Positions 1 through 10,233 of a stretch of 64,000 bases of DNA are shown piece by piece (position 1 is the first letter of the stretch; each line of letters begins with the position of its first letter). Under the pieces are notes generated by a model. It was given only the letters and a program-made list of their open reading frames with translations, was not told the DNA's origin and did no database searches. The position numbers were made by a program, and so were the translations under genes. Source of the DNA: Candidatus Latescibacterota bacterium (lineage in GTDB: Bacteria > Latescibacterota > UBA2968 > UBA8231); NCBI GenBank assembly GCA_965248265.1, contig CBDFJF010000002.1:2272001-2336000 (forward strand), given 5' to 3'.

Positions 1-199
1 GAACTGGGAGTGGTACAACTCCTGGACCGTGCCGCTGTGGCGCGAGGAGTGAGCACGATCGGGACCACGCGGAGGTTCGAGAAGCTGGGGTGGCACTGGT
101 GGCCGGCGGAGAGCGCGGTCATCGTCGTGCTCCTCGGGTTCTGAGCCGCGCCCATCGCCGGCTCCCGCAGGCTGCGCTGCCACCGGGCCGCGTCCGGGG

Positions 200-545
200 G
201 AACCCAGGCTCCGGGCTCTGAAGGCGGGATCGGCGCCGGCGTCTGGGCCGGATCGTACATCTGCGCGTATTCGCCGGGAGCATCCCACGGTTCGTGCGGT
301 CCGGCGAATCCCACGAACACCGCGAAGGGCGGTGAATCGTCGTAGTCGCGGATGAACTGCACGGCCTCGCGGCCCACATAGCTGTCCTCGTAATCCTCGA
401 CCGCATAGGGCTCGGCCACACCGATATGTTCGGGAGGTTGTCGATGCGTTTCTGGAAGTCGTCGCGGTACGCCTCCATCAACCCCTTGGCCTGCCAGGAC
501 TCCGCCATCGGCGACCGGGCTGTCTCCGCGTCGCACAGTTGACCA
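200..545 (-). pseudogene. Internal fragment of a sulfatase-family gene, frameshifted near 410
   Basis: Manual translation EDSYVGREAVQFIRDYDDSPPFAVFVGFAGPHEPWDAPGEYAQMYDP matches the sulfatase PFF..VGF..PH.PW motif; no N-terminus or CxPxR. Boundaries approximate. Confidence 0.65.
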
Positions 546-605
546 TACTTCCAGCCAGCGTAAACATCGAGCCCTGCCCTCCACACGCGGGAGATCCCCG
601 GATCC

Positions 606-1982
606 ATGCCTCAAGACGCAGACGCCTCCCAGAAACTGCTCTTCATCGACGACGCCGATATCGCTTCGACCGAGGGTGTCAAACGCCGTATCCATCCCGC
701 CCGCAAGCACGAAGGCAACCCCGTGGTCACCTCCGACAATGACTGGGAAGCCGCGACGATCCTGATCGGCACCGTGCTGCGGGACGTCGACCAGTACCGG
801 ATGTGGTACCAATCGCCGGCCACTACGCCCGGAGCGAACGGTTTCGACTCCTTCGTGCGCTACCTCCTCCTCTATGCCGAGAGCGAAGACGGACTGACGT
901 GGACCAAGCCGGCCCTCGGCTCTCACCACGACCCCGCCCACACGCGCGACAACAACATCGCCTTCGTCCGGCCAGGTCTCTCGGTGGACGTGAACGCGAG
1001 CGTCCTGCACGCGCCGCACCTGGCTGAGGGCCATGCCTACACGTTGATGACATACGGAGCCGGCTACCACGCGCCGTATGATGGCTACATCCAGGCGTTC
1101 TCGGACGACGGCATCACCTGGACCGACGGCTCGGGGACCCCGGTCATCCCCGGGTTCGGCGACGGGGGATGGTTCTCATACGATGAAACGGACGGCATCG
1201 TGCGCGGATCGGTCTCCTGGGACAAGGCTCCGGGGCTGGTCCTGACGCGGAGTGCGGATGCTGGGGAGTGGGCCCTTCCGTGGCCGGCGGTCGTGCCCGA
1301 CGACGAGGACCGCGCCTGGGAAGAGGACGACCCGGTGAACCGGACCGCCTTCCCGGGCCTGCCCATCTTCCGCTACGGCCCCGTGCTGCTGGGTTTTCTT
1401 CAGGTGCGCCGCGGCCGCGAGACTCCTCAGGGATTCGACGGCGTCACGGATGTCCAGCTCGTGTGCAGCAGGGACGGCATCGACTGGCAGCGTGTCGGCA
1501 ACCGTCACCCGGTGCTGACGCTCGGCGAGGAGGGAGCGTGGGACAGCGGCATGGTGTGGACGGGGAATTCGTTCGTGACCGATGGCGACCGGTCCGTCGT
1601 CCTCTACTCCGGCTGCGAGAAGCGGGTCGGCGCGATGTCGAGGATCACCTGGCCCAAGAGCATCGGCATGGCGTCGTGGCCCAGAGATCGGTTCGCTGGC
1701 CTCGCCGGCGACGGGATCATCGTGACGCGGCCCGCGAGAACCGGCGCAGAGCTGCATGTCAACGCCGACGCGTCTCGAGGTAGCGTGACGGCGGAATTGC
1801 TGAGCTCGAGCGACGAGACCATCGGCGGTTTCGACGCCGACAGCTGCGTCTCCCTGGCTGATCAGGATTCTCTCGACCACCGGTTCCAGTGGCGCGACGG
1901 CGCCCCCGTCGCCCAGGTCGGAGACGTGGCAATCAGGCTGCGGCTGCGTGACGCCGAAGTCTTCTCTCTGTGGTGGCAGTAG
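606..1982 (+). CDS. Putative five-bladed beta-propeller glycoside hydrolase (GH32/43-like) with C-terminal beta-sandwich
   Basis: 458 aa; KLLFIDD start, YRMWY, ESEDGLTW, SRDGIDW, GAWDSG, C-terminal LRDAEVFSLWW. Confidence 0.7.
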   Translation: MPQDADASQKLLFIDDADIASTEGVKRRIHPARKHEGNPVVTSDNDWEAATILIGTVLRDVDQYRMWYQSPATTPGANGFDSFVRYLLLYAESEDGLTWTKPALGSHHDPAHTRDNNIAFVRPGLSVDVNASVLHAPHLAEGHAYTLMTYGAGYHAPYDGYIQAFSDDGITWTDGSGTPVIPGFGDGGWFSYDETDGIVRGSVSWDKAPGLVLTRSADAGEWALPWPAVVPDDEDRAWEEDDPVNRTAFPGLPIFRYGPVLLGFLQVRRGRETPQGFDGVTDVQLVCSRDGIDWQRVGNRHPVLTLGEEGAWDSGMVWTGNSFVTDGDRSVVLYSGCEKRVGAMSRITWPKSIGMASWPRDRFAGLAGDGIIVTRPARTGAELHVNADASRGSVTAELLSSSDETIGGFDADSCVSLADQDSLDHRFQWRDGAPVAQVGDVAIRLRLRDAEVFSLWWQ

Positions 1983-2019
1983 CGCCACCCGCGTTGCGTC
2001 GGCTGAAGGAGGTATTTGA

Positions 2020-3360
2020 GTGACGAACGGAATTGCCAATCCGAACAAGGTGCTGTTCATCGACGGTGCCCAGATCGGCTCGATGCGAGGCGTCGAGCGC
2101 CAGGTCCACGCCGGCGAGAAGTTCGAGGCCAATCCCGTGCTGGGCGGGGACAGCGAGCTGGAACGGCAGACCATCCTGGGAACGGTGCTGAAGGAGAACG
2201 GCCTGTACCGGATGTGGTACCAGTGCGACCGCTTCAAATGGCACAACTATGCCGAGAGCGACGATGGCGTCGAGTGGAGGAAGCCCGTCTTCCGCCGGTA
2301 TCGCGACGCCAACGGCTCACTCGACAACAACCTTTACCTCGACCCCGAGATCCGCAACCACGACTACTCGAGCGTCATGCCGACGCCCCACCAGGGCGGA
2401 GGGCGAGAGTACACGATGATCGCCTACCGCGCCGGCAACCACCATATCTGTCACTCGGAGGACGGCCTCAACTGGACGCCGTGGTCGTCGGAGCCCGTGA
2501 TCCCCGGCTTCGGCGATCTCGGTTGGTACATCTACGACGTCGCCGATGCGCTCTTCCGCGTGATGATCAAGCGCCACCTGCTGGTGCGAGGACGGCGATG
2601 CCGCGTCCAGCACTGGGCGGTCAGCGAAGACGGCTACGACTGGAGCATGCCGCAGCCGGCCATCGTGCCCGATCTGAAAGATGAGGAGTGGACCGGCGGC
2701 GATCCGGACATGAACACGCAGATCTACGGCATACCGATCGCCCGGTACGGCCCCCTACTCGTCGGCTTCATGGACGTTTTCCGCTGCACCGACCCCCGAG
2801 GCATCAACATGGCCGGCGTCATCGACACCCAGCTGGTCAGCAGCAGGGACGGACGGCACTGGGAGCGCGTCGGCGACCGCCGGCCGGTGCTCGAGATGGG
2901 CCCGAAAGGCGCCTGGGACGGCGGCTTCGTCCGCTCTGCCACCGCACTCGTGGAGAGCGGCGACGAGCTGCGCCTCTACTACACAGGCATGGACCACCCG
3001 CACGAGGGGCAGAAGAAGCGGGACTGGAAAAGGGCGATCGGGTTCGTCAGCTGGCGGATGGACGGATTCGTGGGATTGCGCGCCGACGGCGAGGGCGAAG
3101 TCGTCACCGTGGTGCTGGATAACTGCGGCGATCTCCACCTGAATGCCGATGCCTCGGGCGGCAGGGTCAGCGCGGAGATCCTCGGCGAGGATGGGACCGT
3201 GGTGACGGGCTTCGAGGCGGAGAGCTGCACGCCGTTGGAGGGCCGGGACGCGATCGACCACCCGCTTCGGTGGAAGGGCGCTGGCTCGCGAGTGCCCGAG
3301 GGAGTGAGTGTGCGGCTGAAACTGCGCGACGCCGAGGTGTTCTCTCTCTGGTGGGAGTGA
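2020..3360 (+). CDS. Tandem paralogue of the GH32-like propeller protein
   Basis: 446 aa, GTG start after AAGGAGG; same motif series and same C-terminal LRDAEVFSLWW. Confidence 0.72.
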   Translation: MTNGIANPNKVLFIDGAQIGSMRGVERQVHAGEKFEANPVLGGDSELERQTILGTVLKENGLYRMWYQCDRFKWHNYAESDDGVEWRKPVFRRYRDANGSLDNNLYLDPEIRNHDYSSVMPTPHQGGGREYTMIAYRAGNHHICHSEDGLNWTPWSSEPVIPGFGDLGWYIYDVADALFRVMIKRHLLVRGRRCRVQHWAVSEDGYDWSMPQPAIVPDLKDEEWTGGDPDMNTQIYGIPIARYGPLLVGFMDVFRCTDPRGINMAGVIDTQLVSSRDGRHWERVGDRRPVLEMGPKGAWDGGFVRSATALVESGDELRLYYTGMDHPHEGQKKRDWKRAIGFVSWRMDGFVGLRADGEGEVVTVVLDNCGDLHLNADASGGRVSAEILGEDGTVVTGFEAESCTPLEGRDAIDHPLRWKGAGSRVPEGVSVRLKLRDAEVFSLWWE

Positions 3361-3366
3361 TCACTG

Positions 3367-4926
3367 GTGCTGACCAAACTACGGGACGTCAACACTACCG
3401 ATATCAGCGATGCCATCCGGCTCGGTTGCCGATGCATGTGCAACTGCTTCAATGCCGACGACGGCGATATCCCTTACTTCGGCGCAGATGTCCGGCCCGA
3501 GGCCCGGTTGCGTAGCAGTTCCGAGGCGCACACCCCGGGGCGACACCTGAACGCCCTGCTCAACGCCGAGGATGCCCTGGGCATCGAGATCGAAGAAGAT
3601 GCTGTCGACAAGCACGCCAGGGCGGCTTTCTTCTCCTATTCGCGATTGCCTCTTCCCCTGCACCGGGTCGGCGAGCACACGGGTGGAAAGGGCACGCCGA
3701 CTCAGTTGCAGGACCACAATCTGCGCGAGGGTTTCCACGCGCTGTACGCCCTCGCCAAGTACCGCGACTCGGAGATGGCGAGAGAACTCGCCGAGGCCAG
3801 CATCCAGGTCATCTTTGACTACTGGGCCCCGAACGAAGAGTGGGACTTCGAGCGTGTCGAGCGCGATTTGCCCGTCCATATTGCGCGTGGGGGTCAGAAT
3901 ACCTTCATCCAGCGGCTGGCCCGCGCCATGGGGCCGCTCGTCAAGCTCTATCGCGCCACCGGCCACGAGCCGGCCCTCGAACTTGCCGCCGTGCTCAAGG
4001 ACAAAGCGCTACGCGAATACTTCCAGGAAGACGGCGGGTTTTCGACCGAGGTTTTCGGCCGTCACGCCCACTCGACGACATGCGTCCTGTCGTCGCTGGC
4101 GCAGCTGGCCGCGCTGACGGAGGACGAGAGCCTGATGGACCGGGTGAAAGCCTTCTACGACAACGGCCTTGAGGAGATGCGCGACCAGATCGGCTGGTCT
4201 ATAGAGGTGACGGACAGCGAGCCCAGCGGTCGGGGCGAGGCCAACAATACCGGGGATATCGTCGAGACGGCCCTGATTCTGGGCCGCTGGGGCTATTCCG
4301 ACTACTACGCCGATGCCGAGCGGATCCTGCGCAGCCATCTCTTACCGTCCCAGCTGCGCGACGTCTCCTTTGTCGTCGAACCCGACAATCCCGACAAGGT
4401 GGATGGCCGCAGGAACGTAGCTGAACGGCTGCGCGGCGCTTTTGGGTTCCCGGCTCAGTATGGCCACGAGCCATTGGGCATCTGGAAATCCAACAAGCCG
4501 CGGATCGGCTTCAACCTGGATATCGTCGGCGGTGCGGTGGCATCCCTGTGCGAAGCTTACCGGGAGATTGTGCGTTTCGACGGGGAGGGGCACTGGGTCA
4601 ATATGCTTTTCGACTGCCAGACAGAGGATATCGAGATTCAGTCACCCTATACACATCCCCGGCTCGGTGTCCGGGTCAAGCGGCCGGGTCCTCTGCACGT
4701 TCGCCTCCCGCCCTGGGTCGATTCCGACGCTGCCCTCCAAAACGGTTACCTGGTCATCGGGGAGCCTGAGGTCGGCGAGTGGATCTCATTCGACTTCGAG
4801 TTGCCTGTTCACGAGATGACCCTCACCTGGCGCGACACCCAGACTCGGGCTCGTTTACGGGGCGACGAGGTTGTGGCGATGGACAATTTCGGTACGGACC
4901 TGACTTTCTTTGAGCCCTTCGATTGA
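3367..4926 (+). CDS. Putative (alpha/alpha)6-barrel glycosidase, GH127-like
   Basis: 519 aa; HAHSTT, GEANNTGD, LHVRLPPW beta-domain motif; 6 nt after the upstream gene. Confidence 0.55.
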   Translation: MLTKLRDVNTTDISDAIRLGCRCMCNCFNADDGDIPYFGADVRPEARLRSSSEAHTPGRHLNALLNAEDALGIEIEEDAVDKHARAAFFSYSRLPLPLHRVGEHTGGKGTPTQLQDHNLREGFHALYALAKYRDSEMARELAEASIQVIFDYWAPNEEWDFERVERDLPVHIARGGQNTFIQRLARAMGPLVKLYRATGHEPALELAAVLKDKALREYFQEDGGFSTEVFGRHAHSTTCVLSSLAQLAALTEDESLMDRVKAFYDNGLEEMRDQIGWSIEVTDSEPSGRGEANNTGDIVETALILGRWGYSDYYADAERILRSHLLPSQLRDVSFVVEPDNPDKVDGRRNVAERLRGAFGFPAQYGHEPLGIWKSNKPRIGFNLDIVGGAVASLCEAYREIVRFDGEGHWVNMLFDCQTEDIEIQSPYTHPRLGVRVKRPGPLHVRLPPWVDSDAALQNGYLVIGEPEVGEWISFDFELPVHEMTLTWRDTQTRARLRGDEVVAMDNFGTDLTFFEPFD

Positions 4927-5025
4927 TTGTTGGAGCGCCGATAGGTTTCCACCAGCCGCTCGGCCCGGCGCCACATGCGAACTGTCAAATTAGGTGGGTG
5001 GGTATTCATCTATACTTGAGGAGTC

Positions 5026-6762
5026 ATGGCAAGCGATTTCACTCTATCCGCTCTGATTGACTTCCCCGACGATGCGCTGCACGGAGTCTATCACTCTGCA
5101 ACCGTGGACGCCATGATGGCCAAGCTGCGCGAAATGGGTGTCCGGCGGATCTACTGGAACTACTACGGCCCGTATGATGACGGTTTTGTGTGGCGCAAGT
5201 ATGTGCGCGAAGGCGACGAAAGTGTGGTCGAGAGCTACCGCATACTCGGTGATGTCATCGGCGCCGCCGTGCAGGCCGCCAAGAGTCATGGTCTCGAGTT
5301 TTACAGCGTGATAAAGCCCTACGAGACCGGATTCTCGATGATCTACCCCGAGGGCTCGCCCGAAGCCGCTCAATACGGCGTCTTACCGCACCTGGGCAGC
5401 AGAATCCCTCAGGTCATGAAGTTCGTCGCCGAGCACCCTGGCATGCGCATCCGGCGCCGCATGGACGACATACCGGCCGACCTGGCCACGACTCCTGTCC
5501 AGACCATCCGTCTCTTCAAGTGCGACGACCGTCCGACCCGCATCCAGAAGGAGAACCTGGAGATCTGGACGAGTGACAGGAATTACCAGTACCGGTGCAG
5601 AGAACGAGCTTTCGACTATTGTGACCAGGTGACGGACGCCTCCCGCGATTTCGCCGATATGGACGGCAACGTCTTGGCCGCCCGAGGCGCACCGGTGCGC
5701 ACCCTTACCCTTACCGGCCTGGATCTGACGGACAAATTCATCCTGGTGACGACTAATTTCGAGGAGGGCAAAGCGGACTTCGAGAATGCTGCGCTGCACA
5801 TGATCGCCGCCTATGGCCCCGATGGAAGGGAGCTGCCCATCTCGGTGGGTCACGGACTCTCCGTCTGGTGTTCCAACAAGGTCGATTTTCGAAACTGGGG
5901 CCTCGAATTCGACAACGGTCTCTCCCGCTGTGTGGTCCAACTCGATGCACCGAACAGATCCCCCAGCCGAGGCCCGTGGTCGGGTAGCAACGGCTTCGTG
6001 GCTCTCGTGCGCGGCCGGAATGAGTACTTGCCTGCGGCTGTCTGCGGCGGCTACCCGGAGGTTCGCCAATTCTGGCTGTCCCACGTCCAGGCCTGCCTGG
6101 ATGCGGGTGTCGACGGTGTCGATTTCCGGATTGAGAACCACTGCACCCATACCGACGACCCTTTCGCCTATGGCTTCAACGACGTTGTCGTTGAAGAGTA
6201 CCGCCGTCGTTACGGCGCCACCCTCTCCACGCGCGATTTCGACCTGGACAGGCTCGCCGAGATTCAGGGAGAGCACTTCGACCTGTTCCTGGACTCGGCG
6301 GTAGAGATGATTCGCGCCTGTGGGAAACAGACGCAGATCCATCTGAACGTCGAATTCCTGCGACCCGATCCGCGGCCGTCGCGTCACATCGCCTACCCCT
6401 GGAATGTCCGTTACGACTGGCGCGGGTGGCTGGCCAAAGGCTGGTTCGACGAGGCTACCTTACGGACGTATCAAGTGACCCCCGATTTTGTTCTCGAGGA
6501 AGACACTTTTTCTCGGGAAGTTGTCGCCGCCTGCCAGGACCGGGGGATTCCCCTGCATTACAACCGCTATATCAACGGGTCGCCCGAGCACTACGCCGGT
6601 GAACTCGAGCAAGTCTACCGGGATGGCCGCTGTAGCGGTTTCATCGTCTATGAGACGGCGGAGTTGGTCATGAAGCCAGACCCTCAGGGCGGCGTGACCA
6701 CGCAGGGGGGTGTTTTCGAGGCTATCCGCGACAAGGCGAGAGAGTTGGGCATCGCAAATTAG
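5026..6762 (+). CDS. TIM-barrel glycoside hydrolase-like protein (GHL10-like)
   Basis: 578 aa; RBS GAGGAG; YPEVRQFWL..V..CLDAGVDGVDFR, YGFND..VEEYRRRYG. Confidence 0.6.
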   Translation: MASDFTLSALIDFPDDALHGVYHSATVDAMMAKLREMGVRRIYWNYYGPYDDGFVWRKYVREGDESVVESYRILGDVIGAAVQAAKSHGLEFYSVIKPYETGFSMIYPEGSPEAAQYGVLPHLGSRIPQVMKFVAEHPGMRIRRRMDDIPADLATTPVQTIRLFKCDDRPTRIQKENLEIWTSDRNYQYRCRERAFDYCDQVTDASRDFADMDGNVLAARGAPVRTLTLTGLDLTDKFILVTTNFEEGKADFENAALHMIAAYGPDGRELPISVGHGLSVWCSNKVDFRNWGLEFDNGLSRCVVQLDAPNRSPSRGPWSGSNGFVALVRGRNEYLPAAVCGGYPEVRQFWLSHVQACLDAGVDGVDFRIENHCTHTDDPFAYGFNDVVVEEYRRRYGATLSTRDFDLDRLAEIQGEHFDLFLDSAVEMIRACGKQTQIHLNVEFLRPDPRPSRHIAYPWNVRYDWRGWLAKGWFDEATLRTYQVTPDFVLEEDTFSREVVAACQDRGIPLHYNRYINGSPEHYAGELEQVYRDGRCSGFIVYETAELVMKPDPQGGVTTQGGVFEAIRDKARELGIAN

Positions 6763-6807
6763 CCCCCTACTTCCGGGACACGGCACTAGCGCCGCCGAAA
6801 AATAGGC

Positions 6808-6838
6808 TTGACTCCGTACCTTGGTACGGAGTCATATT
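6808..6838 (+). promoter_or_regulatory. MerR-type promoter/operator
   Basis: -35 TTGACT (6808-6813), perfect 12-bp inverted repeat TGACTCCGTACC-tt-GGTACGGAGTCA (6809-6834), candidate -10 CATATT after a 19-bp spacer. Confidence 0.9.
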
Positions 6839-6857
6839 CATGTTAGAGGATGATGCG

Positions 6858-7286
6858 ATGGAACCCTTAACGATAGGCCGCCTCGCCCTTGAGGCCGACG
6901 TCAATGTCGAGACGATCCGCTACTACGAGCGCCGTGCGCTGATTGCTCAGCCTGAAAAACCCACTGACGGATACAGGCGCTATGCCCCGGACATGGTAGC
7001 TCGCCTTCGATTCATCAAGAATGCCCAGGAACTGGGGTTTTCCCTGAAAGAAGTCGCCGAGCTGCTCGAACTACGAATAGACCGCGAGACCGCGTGCGAC
7101 GATGTGAGAGAGCAAGCCGAGGCCAAGATCAGCGACGTCACCTCAAAGATTTCGGCCCTTCAGAAAATGAAAAGAGTACTCAGACAACTGGTCGAGTCAT
7201 GCGATGCCCGAGCTCCCACGGATGAATGCCCGATTCTGCACGCACTAGAAAGGGGAAAAGCAAATGGCAACGAAACGAAAGATTGA
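6858..7286 (+). CDS. merR: Hg(II)-responsive MerR-family regulator
   Basis: TIGRLA..ADVNVETIRYYERR HTH, RLRFIKNAQELGFSL, three conserved Cys (ETACDD, ESCD, ECPIL). Confidence 0.88.
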   Translation: MEPLTIGRLALEADVNVETIRYYERRALIAQPEKPTDGYRRYAPDMVARLRFIKNAQELGFSLKEVAELLELRIDRETACDDVREQAEAKISDVTSKISALQKMKRVLRQLVESCDARAPTDECPILHALERGKANGNETKD

Positions 7287-7530
7287 AATCTTCAGCGCGG
7301 GCTGTGCCGTGTGTGAGGAGGCCACGGAACTGATTCGTCGGATAGCCTGTGACTCTTGTGAGATAACCGTCCTAGATATGCATGACTCGGCGGTCGCGGA
7401 GCGAGCAAGCCGTCTTGGCGTCCGTTCGGTACCAGCGGTAGCTGTGGACGGTAGCCTGGCGGGTTGTTGTGAACATCGCGGTCCCGATGAAGCCGTCCTG
7501 CGATCTGCAGGAATAGGACTCACGACTTGA
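7264..7530 (+). CDS. Small thioredoxin/glutaredoxin-like protein
   Basis: IEIFSAGCAVC, GVRSVPAVAVDG, CC motif; overlaps merR. Confidence 0.8.
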   Translation: MATKRKIEIFSAGCAVCEEATELIRRIACDSCEITVLDMHDSAVAERASRLGVRSVPAVAVDGSLAGCCEHRGPDEAVLRSAGIGLTT

Positions 7531-7554
7531 AAGAATGAGTCGGAGGAGTTAAAT

Positions 7555-8049
7555 ATGGCGGCCGGTTGTTGCAAACTTGAAGACACTTCGGCGGCACAAT
7601 GTCCAACCTGTGGATCCAGGGCGAAATCGGTGCCCTTGACTACCGTAGAACATCTGTCGGCCCCGAAGAAACAGCTGGACGCTGGACCCTACTATATCTG
7701 CTCTACACCGAGCTGCGACGCTGTCTACTTCGCAGGCGACCAGACACTCGAAAAATGCGACCTCCGAGTACGCGTGGGCATCAAAGAAACCGAGGATCCA
7801 ATCCCTGTATGCTACTGTTTCGAGTTCACAGAAAGAACGATCCAAGACGAAGCTCGAAGGCTGGGCTTCAGCAAAATCCAGGATCAGATCAAGAAGGAGA
7901 CTCGCGACGGGGCATGCGAGTGTGAAATTAAGAATCCGGAGGGGAAATGCTGCCTGGGCAATGTGGCTACAGTCGTAAAGCGCGCATTGGCCGAACATGA
8001 CCGGAACGACGAGGTGATAGTGAGCAATGACGAAAGGACATCACAATGA
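7555..8049 (+). CDS. CopZ N-terminal-like Zn/[2Fe-2S]-binding metallochaperone
   Basis: CPTCG, C.TPSCDAVYF, VGIKE, PVCYCF, CECEIKNPEGKCCLG. Confidence 0.8.
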   Translation: MAAGCCKLEDTSAAQCPTCGSRAKSVPLTTVEHLSAPKKQLDAGPYYICSTPSCDAVYFAGDQTLEKCDLRVRVGIKETEDPIPVCYCFEFTERTIQDEARRLGFSKIQDQIKKETRDGACECEIKNPEGKCCLGNVATVVKRALAEHDRNDEVIVSNDERTSQ

Positions 8050-8612
8050 GAGCCGAAAAATTGGGGTTCCTGTCGATTTTCCTGGCCTCCATCTGCTGCG
8101 TCGTACCCGTCAGCCTGGCGCTTCTCGGTCTGGGCGGACTGGGAGTCGGTGCGTTCATAGGAAGCAATCACTGGTACTTCGTGGGCGCGGCGGCTGTTCT
8201 GTTGACTGCCGCCTGGATCAACTTCGTGAAAGAGCGCCGCCGGTGTGCGACGGAGCGATGCGAAATGACCGGTGGAAAGATTGCGCGAGTGACTTTGCCA
8301 GCGGCCACCGTAGCCGTCATTGGATTTGCAGCGTTGAACGCCTTGTCCTATAGCGGAAGTGAGTTGCCGTCACCAACGCTGGTCTCTGACGCTCAAGCGC
8401 AGGTAGTCATCCCGGTGGAGGGCATGACGTGCTTTTCATGCACGGAACATGTCGAGCGCAGCTTGAAGGAAATCGACGGGGTAAACCACGTGACAGCAAG
8501 CGTCCCGCAGAAGTCGGTGACAGTAAAATACCGCAAGGAACTCGTGAGCATTGAACAACTGGTGCAAGCAATCAACCGCACGGGATATCAGGCGAAACTA
8601 CCAGAAGGCTAG
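8046..8612 (+). CDS. MerT-MerP-like fusion (mercuric transporter plus HMA domain)
   Basis: LASICCVVP in the first TM helix, three hydrophobic segments, C-terminal VEGMTCFSC. Confidence 0.82.
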   Translation: MRAEKLGFLSIFLASICCVVPVSLALLGLGGLGVGAFIGSNHWYFVGAAAVLLTAAWINFVKERRRCATERCEMTGGKIARVTLPAATVAVIGFAALNALSYSGSELPSPTLVSDAQAQVVIPVEGMTCFSCTEHVERSLKEIDGVNHVTASVPQKSVTVKYRKELVSIEQLVQAINRTGYQAKLPEG

Positions 8613-8712
8613 CAATAGGAGACAACATTTCGCTGGATCCATTGCCGATCTTTGAATATGACTGCCACCACTACCGATGCGGAAGGTCGGCGTCTGACAT
8701 TTACTCTGATAG

Positions 8713-9066
8713 TTACTTTCGTCTCACCGCGAGCCAGTAAACCAGACCATTGCCCACTAGAACCGCCACGCCCAGACCGATCTGGATTTCTCGTGTCAGA
8801 CCCGTGGGGTACAGCATCGGGAGGATGTAGTTGCCCACGAAATCGTCCGAATAGACGGTTTCGCCAGCCAACAGGCGATATTCCTTTTCCAATGGCGTGA
8901 GGGGGCAGTACCAACCTGTCATCTCCACAAAGGCCGCCCACAGTACCGAGGGGATGTGCAGCCAGGCGATCCGGTGCCAGCGCACGACCGCCAGCACACC
9001 GAATACGACGAAAATGACAAACGTGAGGTGCAGAAGGGCGATAGCGTCCGCGATGAGTCCGAACAT
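8713..9066 (-). CDS. DUF2784 family membrane protein
   Basis: LHLTFVIFVVFG, WLHIP, CPLTPLE, LYPTGLTR. Confidence 0.85.
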   Translation of the reverse strand: MFGLIADAIALLHLTFVIFVVFGVLAVVRWHRIAWLHIPSVLWAAFVEMTGWYCPLTPLEKEYRLLAGETVYSDDFVGNYILPMLYPTGLTREIQIGLGVAVLVGNGLVYWLAVRRK

Positions 9067-9124
9067 CACGCCGCTGAGATGACCGCTACGGCTGACGCGG
9101 ATTGAACAGACGCACGACACTCGC

Positions 9125-9898
9125 TCACGAGCGGCTCGGTTCGCGTAGTACAGTACGGCTGAAATCAAACGAAAGGTCTATGGTATCAATCGGCTTCCCC
9201 GACGCATCGAACTTGTAGGCAAGTTCCTTGAGAATCAAGCGCACGTTGCGCACTTCAGAATGGAGGGGATCGAACACGATGAACCCGCCGTAGTTCTCCC
9301 CCTTATAGATCACCTCATCTTCTCCGTACGTGCTCCATCGCGCGATCCCTATCCGGGTCAAAAACCGAAAATGCTCATTTCCGCTGATGCCCAATATCGA
9401 CCGGTAGTACGACTCCAGACTTTTTCGATCAGCCGCGGGGGAGACGGTATACGATTCCATACGATCTCCACGATCCGTCAGCAGGATGACCTTCAAAGGA
9501 TCCAACCGCATCTTAGAGAAAGTGTAATTGATGACCGACACATTGAACACGGTAAACCGATTCGGCACGTAACCGAAGTTCGGATCCACCCAGTCCCCAT
9601 AGGTGTAGGGATTGCTCGAGAATTCTCCTCCCTTCGACTCCTCGGGGAACATCTCGTTCAATGCCGAATCGGTCATATACTGCACATCAATCGGGGATCC
9701 CTCTAGATCGTAGGAGGCTATTCCGCCATCTCCTATGGAGTGTCCCTCCCGCTCTGACTCTTTTGGCTCGAGGACCGAACGGTACTCGGCTTTCGGCACT
9801 GTCAAGCACGCGGCCAGGGAGGTCAGGGCCATCAACATACCGAAACGCAGGGGGCGGTAGTGTATCATGAGTTCCAACATCAGCGCCTGCGGGCGCAA
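9125..9898 (-). CDS. Hypothetical lipoprotein (start uncertain)
   Basis: 257 aa ORF with lipobox-like LAAC after a hydrophobic stretch. Confidence 0.65.
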   Translation of the reverse strand: MRPQALMLELMIHYRPLRFGMLMALTSLAACLTVPKAEYRSVLEPKESEREGHSIGDGGIASYDLEGSPIDVQYMTDSALNEMFPEESKGGEFSSNPYTYGDWVDPNFGYVPNRFTVFNVSVINYTFSKMRLDPLKVILLTDRGDRMESYTVSPAADRKSLESYYRSILGISGNEHFRFLTRIGIARWSTYGEDEVIYKGENYGGFIVFDPLHSEVRNVRLILKELAYKFDASGKPIDTIDLSFDFSRTVLREPSRS

Positions 9899-10233
9899 CG
9901 GCAGCTGATAGCCGAAGCCATTTCGGATGAGCTGGGCAGCTTCCTCGAAATCACCATGTTACCTGTTGGTGTTAGTAACCTGCCACCGACCGCCGGAATC
10001 TCATCACTCAAACGCCTACCGGTCAAGAAGCCCTGCGAAGTACGGATAGGCCCGATAAGAGGCCATATCGTTAGTCTATACTGGTGGAGGGGTGGTGTCG
10101 AGAGGGTTGGTGGGAGCAGCGGGTTGGGTGTTGAGAATCCCTTCGAAGCTGTCCTCCCGCAAGCATGGACAGTACGTTTTGCGTGAGGTAAGATAGCAGC
10201 CACAGCGGGGTATCCCACGAAAGGAAATCCTTC

